64,000 nucleotides of DNA from Eledone cirrhosa (taxonomy: Eukaryota), in the NCBI GenBank assembly GCA_964016885.1, contig OZ024763.1, forward strand, positions 11,718,001-11,782,000, in the 5' to 3' direction. Position numbers and translations under genes: made by a program. Under the pieces are notes generated by a model. That model was not told where the DNA came from and searched no databases. It worked only from the letters and a program-made list of their open reading frames with translations. How positions within the stretch are numbered: the first letter of the stretch is position 1; each line of letters begins with the position of its first letter. This document shows, piece after piece, positions 1 to 13,030 of this stretch.

Positions 1-82
1 ATGAGCGGCCAGTTATGACCGGTTTGAACAGAAAGTGAGAGAATTCTGGCCGGTTGTGACCGGTTTAAATGCTAAAGGGTTA
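1..82. mobile_element. End of a TTAA-flanked (piggyBac-type) MITE, family P
   Basis: Ends ...AAATGCTAAAGGG|TTAA, the same terminus as the full copies at 44173-44604 and 49964-50156. Confidence 0.7.
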
Positions 83-272
83 ACAAGCTGTCGGCGACAA
101 TGGAGTAATCTCCCCTTAATACAAAGTGCAGTGTGAAGGGAAGCAATTCATAAAAAAAATTCAGCATGCTAAAGGTTAATTTAATTAACTGTAATTGAAG
201 GGTCTAGCCTTGTCCCACAACAGTTATGTTAGGAACACACATGGCTATCGAATACTCAGCTACTTATACTAT

Positions 273-450
273 GATTGTTTCTACTTTTTGGCACAAGGCC
301 AGCAATTACCCCAGTACATTACTGGTTCTTTATTTTATCGACTCCCGTAAGGATGAAAGGCAAAGTTAACCTCGGCGGGATTTGAACTCAGACTGTAAAG
401 GGCCGTAACTGTATGTTGCAAAACTTGGTGTCCAACCCTCTAATGAATTG
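273..450 (-). mobile_element. tRNA-derived SINE family A
   Basis: Reverse complement of the family A consensus (B box GAGTTCAAATCC; core CTTTGCCTTTCATCCTTACGGGGTCGATAAAATAAAGTACCAG; tail GTAGAAACAATT). Confidence 0.85.
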
Positions 451-683
451 TACTATCTGTAATGTCTGAGAATTTTGTTGATGATACATGGATTTGGAAT
501 ACTCAACCACGTATGCTATAATAGATGAAATGTACCTATAATTAATTCAAATGTTTAGTCTTATTACAGCACACACACCCCCATGCAGATTTAGCTGGTC
601 TTACATGAGGCTGCATCTCAAATATGTGTGTGTAGTTATGTATATAATGTTTGTATATGAATGTGGATGTAATGTAATGTGTA

Positions 684-730
<47 letters not shown>

Positions 731-750
731 TACATACATACATGAAGGAA

Positions 751-915
751 GGAAGGATTCAGGACCCCGGCAGCTGAGCGCCTGCTGTTTCAACAGCTAG
801 ATCCGAATGGATCTCAGCCATCGGGGTTCCGAACCCATCATATTATCCACTCTACTACCCCAAGTATTGAGTACTCTGGTGAATAATGGTCTAACTGGTT
901 TTTTTACTGTATCCA
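751..915. mobile_element. Penelope-like terminal segment with degenerate hammerhead-like fold
   Basis: Flanked by (TA)n; contains GTATTGAGTAC at 864; 845-905 is homologous in reverse to 22375-22440; minus strand reads CCGATGG..hairpin..GAAACAGC..GCTGCC. Confidence 0.4.
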
Positions 916-1354
916 TTCCAATATATATATATATATATATATACAAAGAGAGAGGGTGTAGGTAAGTATATATGTGGAACAAGAAAGGTTTTACTTAGTC
1001 CATGATAGTCTGGACACATTCCAGAGTAGCTGAAAATTGTTTGTTTATGCATGTGTGGGAGGAAGGTAAGTGGTAAGGGAGGGAAAGGAAGAGAATTTAT
1101 GAGAGGGTCGAGAGAGAGTAGGGATGAGAATGGAGATGAGGTATGTGGTCAGTTTGATCCTTTTTATACCAAACTCCATAAAACCTCCACTGGTTGTATG
1201 TTGCAAGACTTTAATAAGAACTGTTTGCAATTATCTTCCATCATAATTTTATGTAAGAACCTTTGTTAAGTTATGTTCCAAACACCAGCTTAATAATGAG
1301 AAAGTTAGTTATATTACTAAATCCCTCCAAATTTTTGATTATTTTCAAAATGGT

Positions 1355-3272
1355 TTAAAAACCATAGACAGTGTCTTTCATTAGAAATATGGCAATGAAA
1401 GGGTTAATGACATAGACAGTGTCTTTCATTAGAAATATGGCAATGAGAGGGTTAATGACATAGACAGTGTCTTTCTTTAGAAATATGGCAATGAAAGGGT
1501 TAATGACATAGACAGTGTCTTTCATTAGAAATATGGCAATGAAAGGGTTAATGACATAGACAGTGTCTTTCATTAGAAATATGGCAATGAAAGGGTTAAT
1601 GACATAGACAGTGTCTTTCATTAGAAATATGGCAATGAAAGGGTTAATGACATAGACAGTGTCTTTCATTAGAAATATGGTAATGAAAAGGTTAATGACA
1701 TAGACAGTGTCTTTCATTAGAAATATGGTAGTGAAAGGGTTAATGACATAGACAGTGTCTTTCATTAGAAATATGGTAGTGAAAGGGTTAAAGACATAGA
1801 CAGTGTCTTTCATTAGAAATATGGTAATGAAAAGGTTAATGACATAGACAGTGTCTTTCATTAGAAATATGGTAGTGAAAGGGTTAATGACTTAGACAGT
1901 GTCTTTCATTAGAAATATGGTAATGAAAAGGTTAATGACATAGACAGTGTCTTTCATTAGAAATATGGTAGTGAAAGGGTTAAAGACATAGACAGTGTCT
2001 TTCATTAGAAATATGGTAATGAAAAGGTTAATGACATAGACAGTGTCTTTCATTAGAAATATGGTAGTGAAAGGGTTAATGACATAGACAGTGTCTTTCT
2101 TTAGAAATATGGCAATGAAAGGGTTAATGACATAGACAGTGTCTTTCATTAGAAATATGGCAATGAAAGGGTTAATGACATAGACAGTGTCTTTCATTAG
2201 AAATATGGCAATGAAAGGGTTAATGACATAGACAGTGTCTTTCATTAGAAATATGGTAATGAAAGGGTTAAAGACATAGACAGTGTCTTTCATTAGAAAT
2301 ATGGTAGTGAAAGGGTTAATGACATAGACAGTGTCTTTCATTAGAAATATGGTAGTGAAAGGGTTAAAGACATAGACAGTGTCTTTCATTAGAAATATGG
2401 TAATGAAAAGGTTAATGACATAGACAGTGTCTTTCATTAGAAATATGGTAGTGAAAGGGTTAATGACTTAGACAGTGTCTTTCATTAGAAATATGGTAAT
2501 GAAAAGGTTAATGACATAGACAGTGTCTTTCATTAGAAATATGGTAGTGAAAGGGTTAAAGACATAGACAGTGTCTTTCATTAGAAATATGGTAATGAAA
2601 AGGTTAATGACATAGACAGTGTCTTTCATTAGAAATATGGTAGTGAAAGGGTTAATGACATAGACAGTGTCTTTCTTTAGAAATATGGCAATGAAAGGGT
2701 TAATGACATAGACAGTGTCTTTCATTAGAAATATGGCAATGAAAGGGTTAATGACATAGACAGTGTCTTTCATTAGAAATATGGCAATGAAAGGGTTAAT
2801 GACATAGACAGTGTCTTTCATTAGAAATATGGTAATGAAAGGGTTAAAGACATAGACAGTGTCTTTCATTAGAAATATGGTAGTGAAAGGGTTAAAGACA
2901 TAGACAGTGTCTTTCATTAGAAATATGGTAGTGAAAGGGTTAAAGACATAGACAGTGTCTTTCATTAGAAATATGGTAATGAAAAGGTTAATGACATAGA
3001 CAGTGTCTTTCATTAGAAATATGGTAGTGAAAGGGTTAATGACATAGACAGTGTCTTTCATTAGAAATATGGTAGTGAAAGGGTTAAAGACATAGACAGT
3101 GTCTTTCATTAGAAATATGGTAATGAAAAGGTTAATGACATAGACAGTGTCTTTCATTAGAAATATGGTAGTGAAAGGGTTAATGACATAGACAGTGTCT
3201 TTCATTAGAAATATGGTAGTGAAAGGGTTAATGACATAGACAGTGTCTTTCATTAGAAATATGGAAGTGAAA
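1355..3272. repeat. 48-bp minisatellite (~40 units) derived from a MITE terminus
   Basis: Unit CATAGACAGTGTCTTTCATTAGAAATATGGYARTGAAAGGGTTAATGA; the same sequence ends dispersed elements near 30930-31145 and 44080. Confidence 0.95.
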
Positions 3273-3289
3273 GAATCAAGATGGTTATC

Positions 3290-3420
3290 TTCTTCACCCA
3301 CTTATTCTTGAGAGGGTCGTGGGGCAAGAGTCCTCAAACATTCCTTCCAGCGGGCCCTGTCAGAAGCAATAGTTTCCAGTTGATCTGGATGGATCCCGAA
3401 ACGTGACCTGCCAAGCTCAT
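3290..3420 (-). mobile_element. RTE-clade LINE 3' fragment
   Basis: Homologous to 31640-31870 and 37862-38120, where the minus strand reads GHVVRM...RGRP..KWLDNI. Confidence 0.6.
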
Positions 3421-3576
3421 GTTTATATTTATGGAAATACCTTCCATCATAATTTCATATAAGAACCTTTAAGTTATGTTCCAAACATCAACTTAATAAT
3501 GGGAAACTTTCATTAGAAATATGGTAACGAAGGTTTAAGAAACGGTTTGTGTTTTGTCTGTATTTTTATTGATCAG

Positions 3577-3625
3577 GTCAGCAACCTCTGAAAGCACAAC
3601 TTGTCAGTACTATTTAATCAAGAAG
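3577..3625 (+). CDS. Candidate internal exon (SATSESTTCQYYLIKK)
   Basis: Acceptor ttttattgatcag, weak donor AAG|gttgtt; ends in phase 0, compatible with 17518-17606. Confidence 0.3.
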
Positions 3626-3877
3626 GTTGTTTACATACACACACATGTAACACATTCATTGTGAAGGCTGCTCACCACACATACACCCCATACCACACAC
3701 ATGTACATGTTCAATGAAGCATAATCTATATATAAATACACACACACACACCTTTACCCAGTTTTCTCGGCTAATATTTATAGTGATTGACTTTTGTTAT
3801 AATCAGTTACATTGAGAAAACATTTCATTGATTTTTATTTTTGTTTTTACTCAGACCTTTTTCCTGTTTCTTCTTTG

Positions 3878-3915
3878 TACTCCTGAAGAAGAGCTTAAGC
3901 CCGACATGTCGAATT
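3878..3915 (+). ncRNA. Degenerate minimal hammerhead motif
   Basis: CTGAAGA-agagcttaagccc-GA(AA missing)CATGTC. Confidence 0.35.
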
Positions 3916-4500
3916 TTCTTTCCTCTTTCCAATATAAAGCGTGACACTAATGACTTTTTGTACCTCTGTTTGTTGTCTCCTTGAACTATATATATCATTT
4001 TATGTCTACTTCCTATGCTAGTATGGGTTACACAGGTTATTAAAGCAACCGAGAAACCTCTTATGAGATACAACATTGAAGGAGGCCAGCTAAACCTACA
4101 TAGGTTTGAGCTGTAACAACAAAAGGCCTGAGACCCCTATTATTAAAATATTAAAAAAACCTTTTATGAGATGCAACCTTGAAGGAGGCCAGCTAAACCT
4201 ATCCTATGTAGGTGTGAGCTGTTTATATAATTTAATTTTTCTGTTGTGACTCAGTTGTTAGGGGTTCAAACCCTACATTGACCAGCTGTTGATTGTCTTT
4301 CCATTTTTTATCAGTGGTAAATTGGGAGAGTCGTGTCAATGAATACAATAAGCAGTCTCATATGAGGTTTCTTGAGGTATTTTAACAATAGGGCCCCCCC
4401 AGTCCTATCCTGTTCTTGATACAGCTTACACCTATCTAGGTTTACTTGACCTCCTACAAGACTGTATGTTAAGGCTTATATTTAGGGTTATTATTTTGAA

Positions 4501-4685
4501 AGGGTGAATTGGCAGTATCAGTAGAGGGTCGGACGCCATGCTTTCTAGCATAGTTACGTCCTTTTACGGTTTGAGTTCAAATCCCGCCGAGGTTAACTTT
4601 GCCTTTCATCCTTACGGGGTCGATAAAATAAAGTACCAGTAATGTACTGGGTAATTGCTGGCCTTGTGCCTAACGTAGAAACCAT
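4501..4685 (+). mobile_element. tRNA-derived SINE family A
   Basis: A-box-like TGGCAGTATCAGTAG, B box GAGTTCAAATCCC, family core and tail. Confidence 0.85.
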
Positions 4686-4831
4686 TATTTTGATGGTTTT
4701 CACCAACTTCAAATTCTACGTAAAAAGGTTGGGACTTTTGCCCATTTCCCAGACATAAAATAGGAATCAGCTTATATTTGAATATATATGTTACATTATA
4801 CTCTGCATGTTTCCCTGTTATTTGTAAATCC

Positions 4832-5460
4832 AAATGTACATATATACACACATACATCATATGTACATATATACACACAAATGTACATATATACACACAT
4901 ACATCATATGTACATATATACACACAAATGTACATATATACACACATACATCATATGTACATATGTACATATATACACACATACATCATATGTACATATG
5001 TACATATATACACACAAATGTACATATATACACACATACATCATATATACACACATACATCATATGTACATATATACACACAAATGTACATATATACACA
5101 CATACATCATATGTACATATGTACATATATACACACAAATGTACATATATACACACATACATCATATGTACATATGTACATATATACACACAAATGTACA
5201 TATATACACACATACATCATATGTACATATGTACATATATACACACAAATGTACATATATACACACATACATCATATGTACATATATACATATATACACA
5301 CAAATGTACATATATACACACATACATCATATATACATATGTACATATATACACACATACATCATATGTACATATATACACACAAATGTACATATATACA
5401 CACATACATCATATGTACATATATACACACAAATGTACATATATACACACATACATCATA
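4832..5460. repeat. TA/CA-rich compound minisatellite
   Basis: Tandem ACACACAAATGTACATATATACACACATACATCATATGTACATAT variants. Confidence 0.9.
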
Positions 5461-5733
5461 ATCATCATTGTTGTTTAATACCGTTTTCCCTGCTAGCAAG
5501 GGTTGGACATGCTGTCACTGACCAGTCAGTACTCAAGGGCAGGGCCTTGTACCTTGTGGTGGACTGGGCCCCCCCCCCCCCCCCGACATACATACCCATG
5601 CCCTGAGTGCATTTACTGTGGCATCATCACTAGAGAAGTCTGTCATGTCTTTGGCATGACAGACTTGCTGACCCCTTTTGTGGCTGGACTTCTACAGCTG
5701 AATGCTTTTCCTATCACATGTACACACGCGCGC

Positions 5734-5770
<37 letters not shown>

Positions 5771-5839
5771 TATGTGACTAAATGTTTCTTCCTGTTGAAA
5801 AGGGGGTGAGCCCTCTAAAATAATATACTCATATATATG

Positions 5840-6900
5840 CAAATGTATATAGACATACATACAAGTATATATACATACACACAAGTATATAGACATACAT
5901 ACAAGTATATATACATACACACAAGTATATATACATACACACAAGTATATAGACATACATACAAGTATATATACATACACACAAGTATATAGACATACAT
6001 ACAAGTATATATACATACACACAAGTATATAGACATACATACAAGTATATATACATACACACAAGTATATATACATACACACAAGTATATATACATACAC
6101 ACAAGTATATATACATACACATACTTATAAGCATACATATACACACTTACATGTAAATATACATATAGACATACATACACATATATAGACATACACACAC
6201 ATATATAGACATACACACTCCTCCTCCCAACCCCCTTATATGGTAGTGTTGGTTGTGGTGGTGGTACTGGTGGTAGTGTTGCTGGTGTTGGTGGTAATGA
6301 TAGTATGGGGGGGGGGGTAATGGTAGTATTAGAGGTGTTGCTGGTAATGGTAGTGTTGATAGTTGTGGTGGTGGTTGTAGTAATGGTATTGGTGGTGGTA
6401 ATAGTGGTGATTATAGTTGTGGTGGTGGTTGTAGTAATGGTATTGGTGGTGGTAATAGTGGTGATTATAGTTGTGGTGGTGGTTGTAGTAATGGTATTGG
6501 TGGTGGTAATAGTGGTGATTATAGTTGTGGTGGTGGTTGTGGTAATAGTGGTGATTATAGTTGTGGTGGTGGTTGTAGTAATGGTATTGGTGGTGGTTGT
6601 GGTAATAGTGGTGATTATAGTTGTGGTGGTGGTTGTAGTAATGGTATTGGTGGTGGTTGTGGTAATAGTGGTGATTATAGTTGTGGTGGTAATGGTAGTG
6701 TTGGTGGCGGTGGTAGTGTTGGTGGTGATAGTGGTTGTGGTAATAGTAGTGTTAGTGGTGGTGGTGGTAATAGTGTTGGTAGTGGTTGTGGTAATAGTAG
6801 TGTTGGTGGTGGTAGTGGTTGTGGTAATAGTGTTGGTGGTGGTAGTGGTTGTGGTAATAGTAGTGGTGGTTGTAGTAATGGTAGTGTTGATAGTGTTGGC
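5840..6900. repeat. 20-bp ACAAGTATATATACATACAC array followed by GGT/GTA low-complexity array
   Basis: Direct tandem periodicity. Confidence 0.9.
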
Positions 6901-7009
6901 ACAACCTTGGCAAAAATGATGTAACTACATGAGAATTTCTTCCTTCCCCATGTCCCCACCCCACCTATCCAATGGCTGGTTCCCTTGTCTTTTCCAGCAC
7001 AATCCACTC

Positions 7010-7576
7010 TTTTCCCTCACTCTAGCCTTCATCTCTCTCTCTCTTCCCCCTCACTCTAGCCTTCATCTCTCTCTCTCTTCCCCCTCACTCTAGCCTTCAT
7101 CTCTCTCTCTCTTCCCCCTCACTCTAGCCTTCATCTCTCTCTCTCTCTCTTCCCCCTCACTCTAGCCTTCATCTCTCTCTCTCTCGAGTTTTCATCTCTC
7201 TCTCTCTTCCCCCTCACTCTATCCTGCCTCTATTGGTCTCTAGCTTTCTCCCCCTGACTCCCACTCTCTCTATTACTCACTCACTCTCACACTCTTCCTC
7301 TTTCTCACTCTGTTACTCACTCTCATTCCCTCAACCTCCCCCTCTCTAGCTATCTCTCACTCTTCCCCATTATTCTTCCTCTTTCTGTCTGTTTCTCTCA
7401 CGCTCCACTGGTTGTTGGTACACACACACACACACACTAGCAGCTACAGAACACACACACACATACACACGCATTAGCAGCTACAGAACACACACACACA
7501 CACACACACACTAGCAGCTACAGAACACACACACACACACTAGCAGCTACAGAACACACACACTAGCAGCTACAGA

Positions 7577-7607
<31 letters not shown>

Positions 7608-7651
7608 CAGCTACAGAACACACACACACACACACACACTAGCAGCTACAG

Positions 7652-7687
<36 letters not shown>

Positions 7688-8160
7688 CAGCTACAGAACA
7701 CACACACACTAACAGCTACACTACACTACACTACACACTAACAGCTACACTACACTACACACCACACTAACAGCTACACTACACACTAACAGCTACACTA
7801 CACTACACCACACACACACAGCTACACTACACACCAACAGCTACACTACACACCAACAGCTACCCTACACTACACTACACTACACACTAACAGCTACACT
7901 ACACTACACACTAACAGCTACACTACACTACACACTAACAGCTACACTACACTACACACTAACAGCTACACTACACTACACACTAACAGCTACACTACAC
8001 ACTAACACCTACACTACACAGTTACAGCTACACTACACTACACTACACAGTTACAGCTACACTACACTACACAGTTACAGCTACACTACACAGTTACAGC
8101 TACACTACACTACACAACTGAGACACTATCAGCTACACAACACACACTATAGCAGCTACA
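7010..8160. repeat. Serial CT-rich and CTAGCAGCTACAGAA(CA)n / CTACA minisatellites
   Basis: Direct tandem periodicity with gradual unit turnover. Confidence 0.9.
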
Positions 8161-10145
8161 CAACATCAGCTCATCTACTACTACTACTGTTGCTCCTCTT
8201 CACCTCTACTACTACCACTACTACTACTACTACTAGTAGTAATAGTGGTGGGGCTGCTGTTTCCAAGACAGGCTGTGTGTGTGTGTGTGTGTGCACATAC
8301 ACACACACACATATATACATACAAACACACGCACATATATATATACATACAAACACATACATATATATATACATACAAACACATACATATATATATATAT
8401 ATATACACACTCATATATATATATATATACACACACACTCACTCATATATATATATATACACACATTATGTATATAACGCTAGCTAGACATTATTCTGGA
8501 ATAGCTCCGTTCTATTTATTTATTCATTCCACAATTCCACAACCGTTTCCATTCTTTCATTCCTTTCTCTTAACCCTCCCTTCACCTCTCTCTCACTATC
8601 TGTCCCCCTCACTATCTGTCCCCCTCACTATCTGTCCCCCTCTCTATCTGTCTCTCTCTTTATCTGTCCCCCTCTCTATCTATCTATCTCGCTCTATCTC
8701 TATCTGTCTCTCTCTATATATACCTGTCTTTCTGTCCTTCTCCCCCCCTCTCTGTTTCTCTGTCTCTGTCCTTCTCCCCCTCCCCTCTCTATCTCTGTCT
8801 CTCTGTCTCTGTCTTCTCTATCTCTGTCTCTGTCCTTCTCCCCCTCTCTCTATCTCTGTCTCTCTCTGTCCTTCTCCCCCTCTCTCTATCTCTGTCTCTC
8901 TCTGTCCTTCTCCCCCTCTCTATCTCTGTCTCTCTCTCTCCTCCTACTCCAGTGTATATATATGAGCAATAGCACCCTCTCACCACCACTCTCACTCACC
9001 CCGGGTTTCCACTCATTGCTGGCTGGCTACATAATTGTGTCTATATATACATATATGTACACACACACACACACACACACACACTAGCTATATAGTTGTC
9101 TATATATACATATATGTACACACACACACACACACACTAGCTACATAGTTGTCTATATATACATATGTACACACACACACACTAGCTACATAGTTGTGTC
9201 TATATATACATATGCACACACACACACACACACACACACTAGCTACATCATTGTGCGTGTACATACATATGCACACACACACATTTGCTTCATCCTTATG
9301 CATGTATATACATATGTGCATACACATACATACGCACACACACACACTGGCTATATCGTTGTGCGTGTATATACATATGCACACACACACACATATACAC
9401 ACATATATATATAGAGAGAGAGTTTGCATATGAATTACTGGATATTTTAAACTACACACACATCACACACGTGTACACATATTATACACACACATACGTG
9501 TGTGTGTGTCTAATTATCAATCGTAATTACATATTTATTAACTACCACCGGCGACAGATATACCAGGGTGTCTGCGTGGTTGTTGTTCCACCTGCTAGAA
9601 ATAGCAGTGACACCCTGTTACATTGTAGCCACGGCTGGAGCGCTTTTGATCATAAATCTGCATGGTCAACGTTGACCTAGGGCTAAACAGTAACAGCAAA
9701 CTATCGGGGCACTATTACCTACTAGAAATAGCAGCCAGATGTATCTGAAGTGACACCCCGCCGTATTAGAAAAAGAGGGACATTGCATATTATGTGTGAC
9801 TTGATTTGAACACACCACCACATAACTTGAAGGCAGTTTTTTGGTCGTTGCTCTACCGCTTCTACCGATGACTTTGTGCATTATTCTGGTACTCTTATTG
9901 GTTTCAGTCATTAAACCGCGGTCATGCTGGGGTACCACCCTGCAAGAATTTTATCGACCCACAGCATTTATTTTGTGTAGTCAAGCTTGTTACCTATTTT
10001 ATTGAGCTCCCTTTGTTCATACACACACATACATACACTTAGACAGAAAATAGAATCTACGCCCTGCTTACACGTATTGAGTGCTCATTCAGTTAATGTT
10101 TCAATGTTTTAAATACAATGGTATTTTAAACATCCACACTAATAC

Positions 10146-10191
<46 letters not shown>

Positions 10192-10791
10192 GGTATCCAC
10201 AGTAAGTTGTGGGGTCTATTCTGCATGAAGAACTCAATGTAACCCATATGTTGAAAATGTTGTAGGTTAAGATAAATCTCGGAAAACAATAAAACATTAA
10301 AAGGAAAACAGAGTCATGATATAAGTTAAAACTTGACTTGATTTTTTTATTTCATTGTTTTAACTTATATATATATATGAGAGAGAGAGAGAAGAGGATG
10401 GCTGTGTAGTAGCTAGTTAAGTTAGGGTTAAAAATGGAATGAGAATAAGAAGGGTGGGGGGTCCTCACCAGTTGTCTACTGGGGATTCACGGATATTTCA
10501 ACGCTTTAAAGACAATATATCTACCCCAGAGCGTTCAATAACTGGGTAAGTTATTGGGAAAACGGAGGAGGGAGAGAAGGAAAATAAAAGGTAAAAGGGG
10601 AAGAACAGAGAAAATAGCGACAAAAAACAACAAACCGAAGAATGTGCAGCAACTGAAGGCAAGAGAATCCAGGACCACAGAACTTGAAGAGCGTGTGATC
10701 GAACGAAAAGACACGACTGACCCAAGCGAGTGTAAGTGAGAAAAGGACTGCTAGAAGGTCAGCCGAGGGAAACAATGTGGTGGCAGGCAGA

Positions 10792-10817
<26 letters not shown>

Positions 10818-10822
<5 letters not shown>

Positions 10823-11253
10823 CTCGGACCGGGTGATGTGTTGTTTCCTTGAGCAAGACACTTTATTTCACATTGCTCCAGTTTACTCAGCTGTAGAAAT
10901 GAGATGATAGGACTGGGGTCCATATCATTCCATTGCAAAGTGGTCGTGGAGGTGCCACGGCAAAAAAGCACCCAGCCCACACTGTAAAGTGGTCGTGTAG
11001 GCGCCACGGCAAAAAAGCACCCAGCCCACACTGTAAAGTGGTCGTGTAGGCGCCACGGAAAAAAAAAGCACCCAGCACTCACTGTAAATGAGGTTGGTGT
11101 TAGGAAGGGCATCCAGCTGTAGAAATCAAGCCATATCAGTTCCCGTATGAGCAAGGAATGGTCAGCCGACCAGACACTGCCCACAACAGGACAACCCGTC
11201 TAACCCATGCTAGCGTGGAAGAACGGACGTAAAACGATGATGATGATGATGAT
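10818..11253 (+). mobile_element. CORE-type SINE family B, 5'-truncated, with internal triplication
   Basis: CCTTGAGCAAGACACTTT...CTCAGCTGTAGAAATG core; RTE-like tail AACCCATGCTAGCGTGGAAGAACGGACGTAAAACGATGATG. Confidence 0.85.
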
Positions 11254-11267
11254 ATATATATATAAAG

Positions 11268-11643
11268 CAAATTTAATATAGAAATGGCTTCTACAGGACT
11301 AGAACTGTTTCATTTGAAGGAAATCATCAGGATGAAACAGTTCTAGTCCTGTAGAAGCCATTTCTATATTAAATTTGTTGTTTACACTCAACTAATGTAT
11401 TGAGTACCTTACTGCGGTTACCCCCAATTGAACCCAGGACTCATACACACATACACATATGCGTGTGTGTGTGAGTCCCAGGTTCAATCGGGGGTAACCA
11501 CAGTAAGGTACTCAATACATTAGTTGAGTGTAAACAACAAATTTAATATAGAAATGGCTTCTACAGGACTAGAACTGTTTCATCCTGATAATTTCCTTCA
11601 AATGAAACAGTTCTAGTCCTGTAGAAGCCATTTCTATATTAAT
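11268..11643. mobile_element. Nested foldback element with hammerhead-core motif (Penelope pLTR-like)
   Basis: ~180-bp arms inverted around a (CA)/(TG) centre, each arm internally palindromic; CTGATGA-tttccttcaaat-GAAAC. Confidence 0.65.
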
Positions 11644-11849
11644 TCTTATATATGTATCCACTCACTGTAATTGAGGTTGGTGTTAGGAAGGGCATCCAGC
11701 TGTAGAAATCAAGCCAGAGTCAGTTCCCGTATGAGCAAGGCATGGTCAGCCGACCGGACACTGCCCACAGCAGGACAACCCGTCTAACCCATGCTAGCGT
11801 GGAAGAACGGAGTAAAACGGTGATGACGATGATGACACACAAACATACA

Positions 11850-12010
11850 CACGACAGGGTTCTGCATAGTTTCCATCTACCAAATTCCACTCACCAGGCG
11901 TTAGTCAGCCCAAGGGTATAAAAAGAAACCCAAGGTGCCACACAGTAGGACTGAACCCAGAACTGAATAGTTGTAAGCCGAGCCCCTTAACCCCTCAGCC
12001 ATATCTGCCT
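11850..12010 (-). mobile_element. Older CORE-type SINE family (also ~16455-16565, ~20870-20985, ~52640-52750; + strand ~46080-46190)
   Basis: CCAAGGTGCCACACAGTAGGACTGAACCCAGAA is the reverse complement of a B box plus CORE. Confidence 0.65.
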
Positions 12011-12645
12011 TATATTTATTTATTTTTCTAAAATTTGAATTATTTTATTTTGGTTATTGATAATTCTAATATTTATTATTGGTGCACCGTTTTAAACCTT
12101 GCCCCTGCCCCCAAATCAGATCGGTATAATCAATTTATTGATCCCCTAGAGATACTTTATTTTATTGACCCCCCCCCCCCCCCCCGGAAGGATGAAAGAC
12201 CAAATCGATTCGGGCAGTATTTGAACTGGGCTCATTGATGATAATAATAATGACAAATTCTCTATAATATAATAATGATGATATATAATTGTTATATATG
12301 TGTGTGTATGTATATAACATTATTGTGTAAAAAAAAAAGAAATTATTGTGTGTGTATATATATCATCATCGATTAACGTCCATCTTCCACGCTAGCATGG
12401 GTTAGACAGGTCCTATTTTGAGGCAAGTTGTGTCAGGTGACTGTCTCGCTCAAATAGGGGTGTTTCTGGCAGGTTTTCTACGGCTGGACGCCCTTCCTAA
12501 CGCCAACCACACACATATATAATATGTACTTTTAAAAAATTTCCTTTACTCTCTAAAAAAATTGTTTTTCCTCCCTTTTCTCCCCCCCCCCTAAAAATGT
12601 CTTTCCACCACTCCTCCACACACCCTCGAAACACTTTCTACCCAC

Positions 12646-12705
12646 TGTTCTCCCGATGAAGGGCTTATGCCCGAAACGCTCCCCCCCCACTCTCAAGCGT
12701 GAAAC
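12646..12705 (+). ncRNA. Degenerate hammerhead motif
   Basis: CCGATGA-agggcttatgccc-GAAACGCT...AGCGT: stems II and III present, core mutated. Confidence 0.4.
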
Positions 12706-12980
12706 TAATACTAATATCATTTGTACTGCCTCGCTGTTTTTCATTCTCTGTTCATTTATTAAACTATATATATATATATATATATATATCATATGTGTGT
12801 ATATAATGTATGTATGTATGTGTTTGTGTGTGTATAAGCAGTGACACTGACATAGTGTGACTTAGGATAGAGGTGTATATAAAGATATATACAATATACT
12901 TATGTATAATAAACCTATATGTCTGACTATGAATATTTAAAGCTGTGATCACATCACAGCCATCTCAGTAACCACGTGAG

Positions 12981-13030
12981 AACAACAGACACTGGTATTT
13001 CAGGATGCTTTATCCATCATCAGTAACGTT
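12981..13030 (-). ncRNA. Candidate type I hammerhead ribozyme
   Basis: Minus strand: aacgtta CTGATGA tggat aaagc atcct GAAA taccagt GTC tgttgtt. Confidence 0.35.

Noticed and set aside
1355-3301. 168-277 aa ORFs (MKDTVYVINPF repeats)
   Set aside because: Translation of a 48-bp MITE-derived tandem repeat
12995-13025. SECIS-like ATGA..AAA..GA on the minus strand
   Set aside because: Stem between ATGA and AAA is too short for a SECIS
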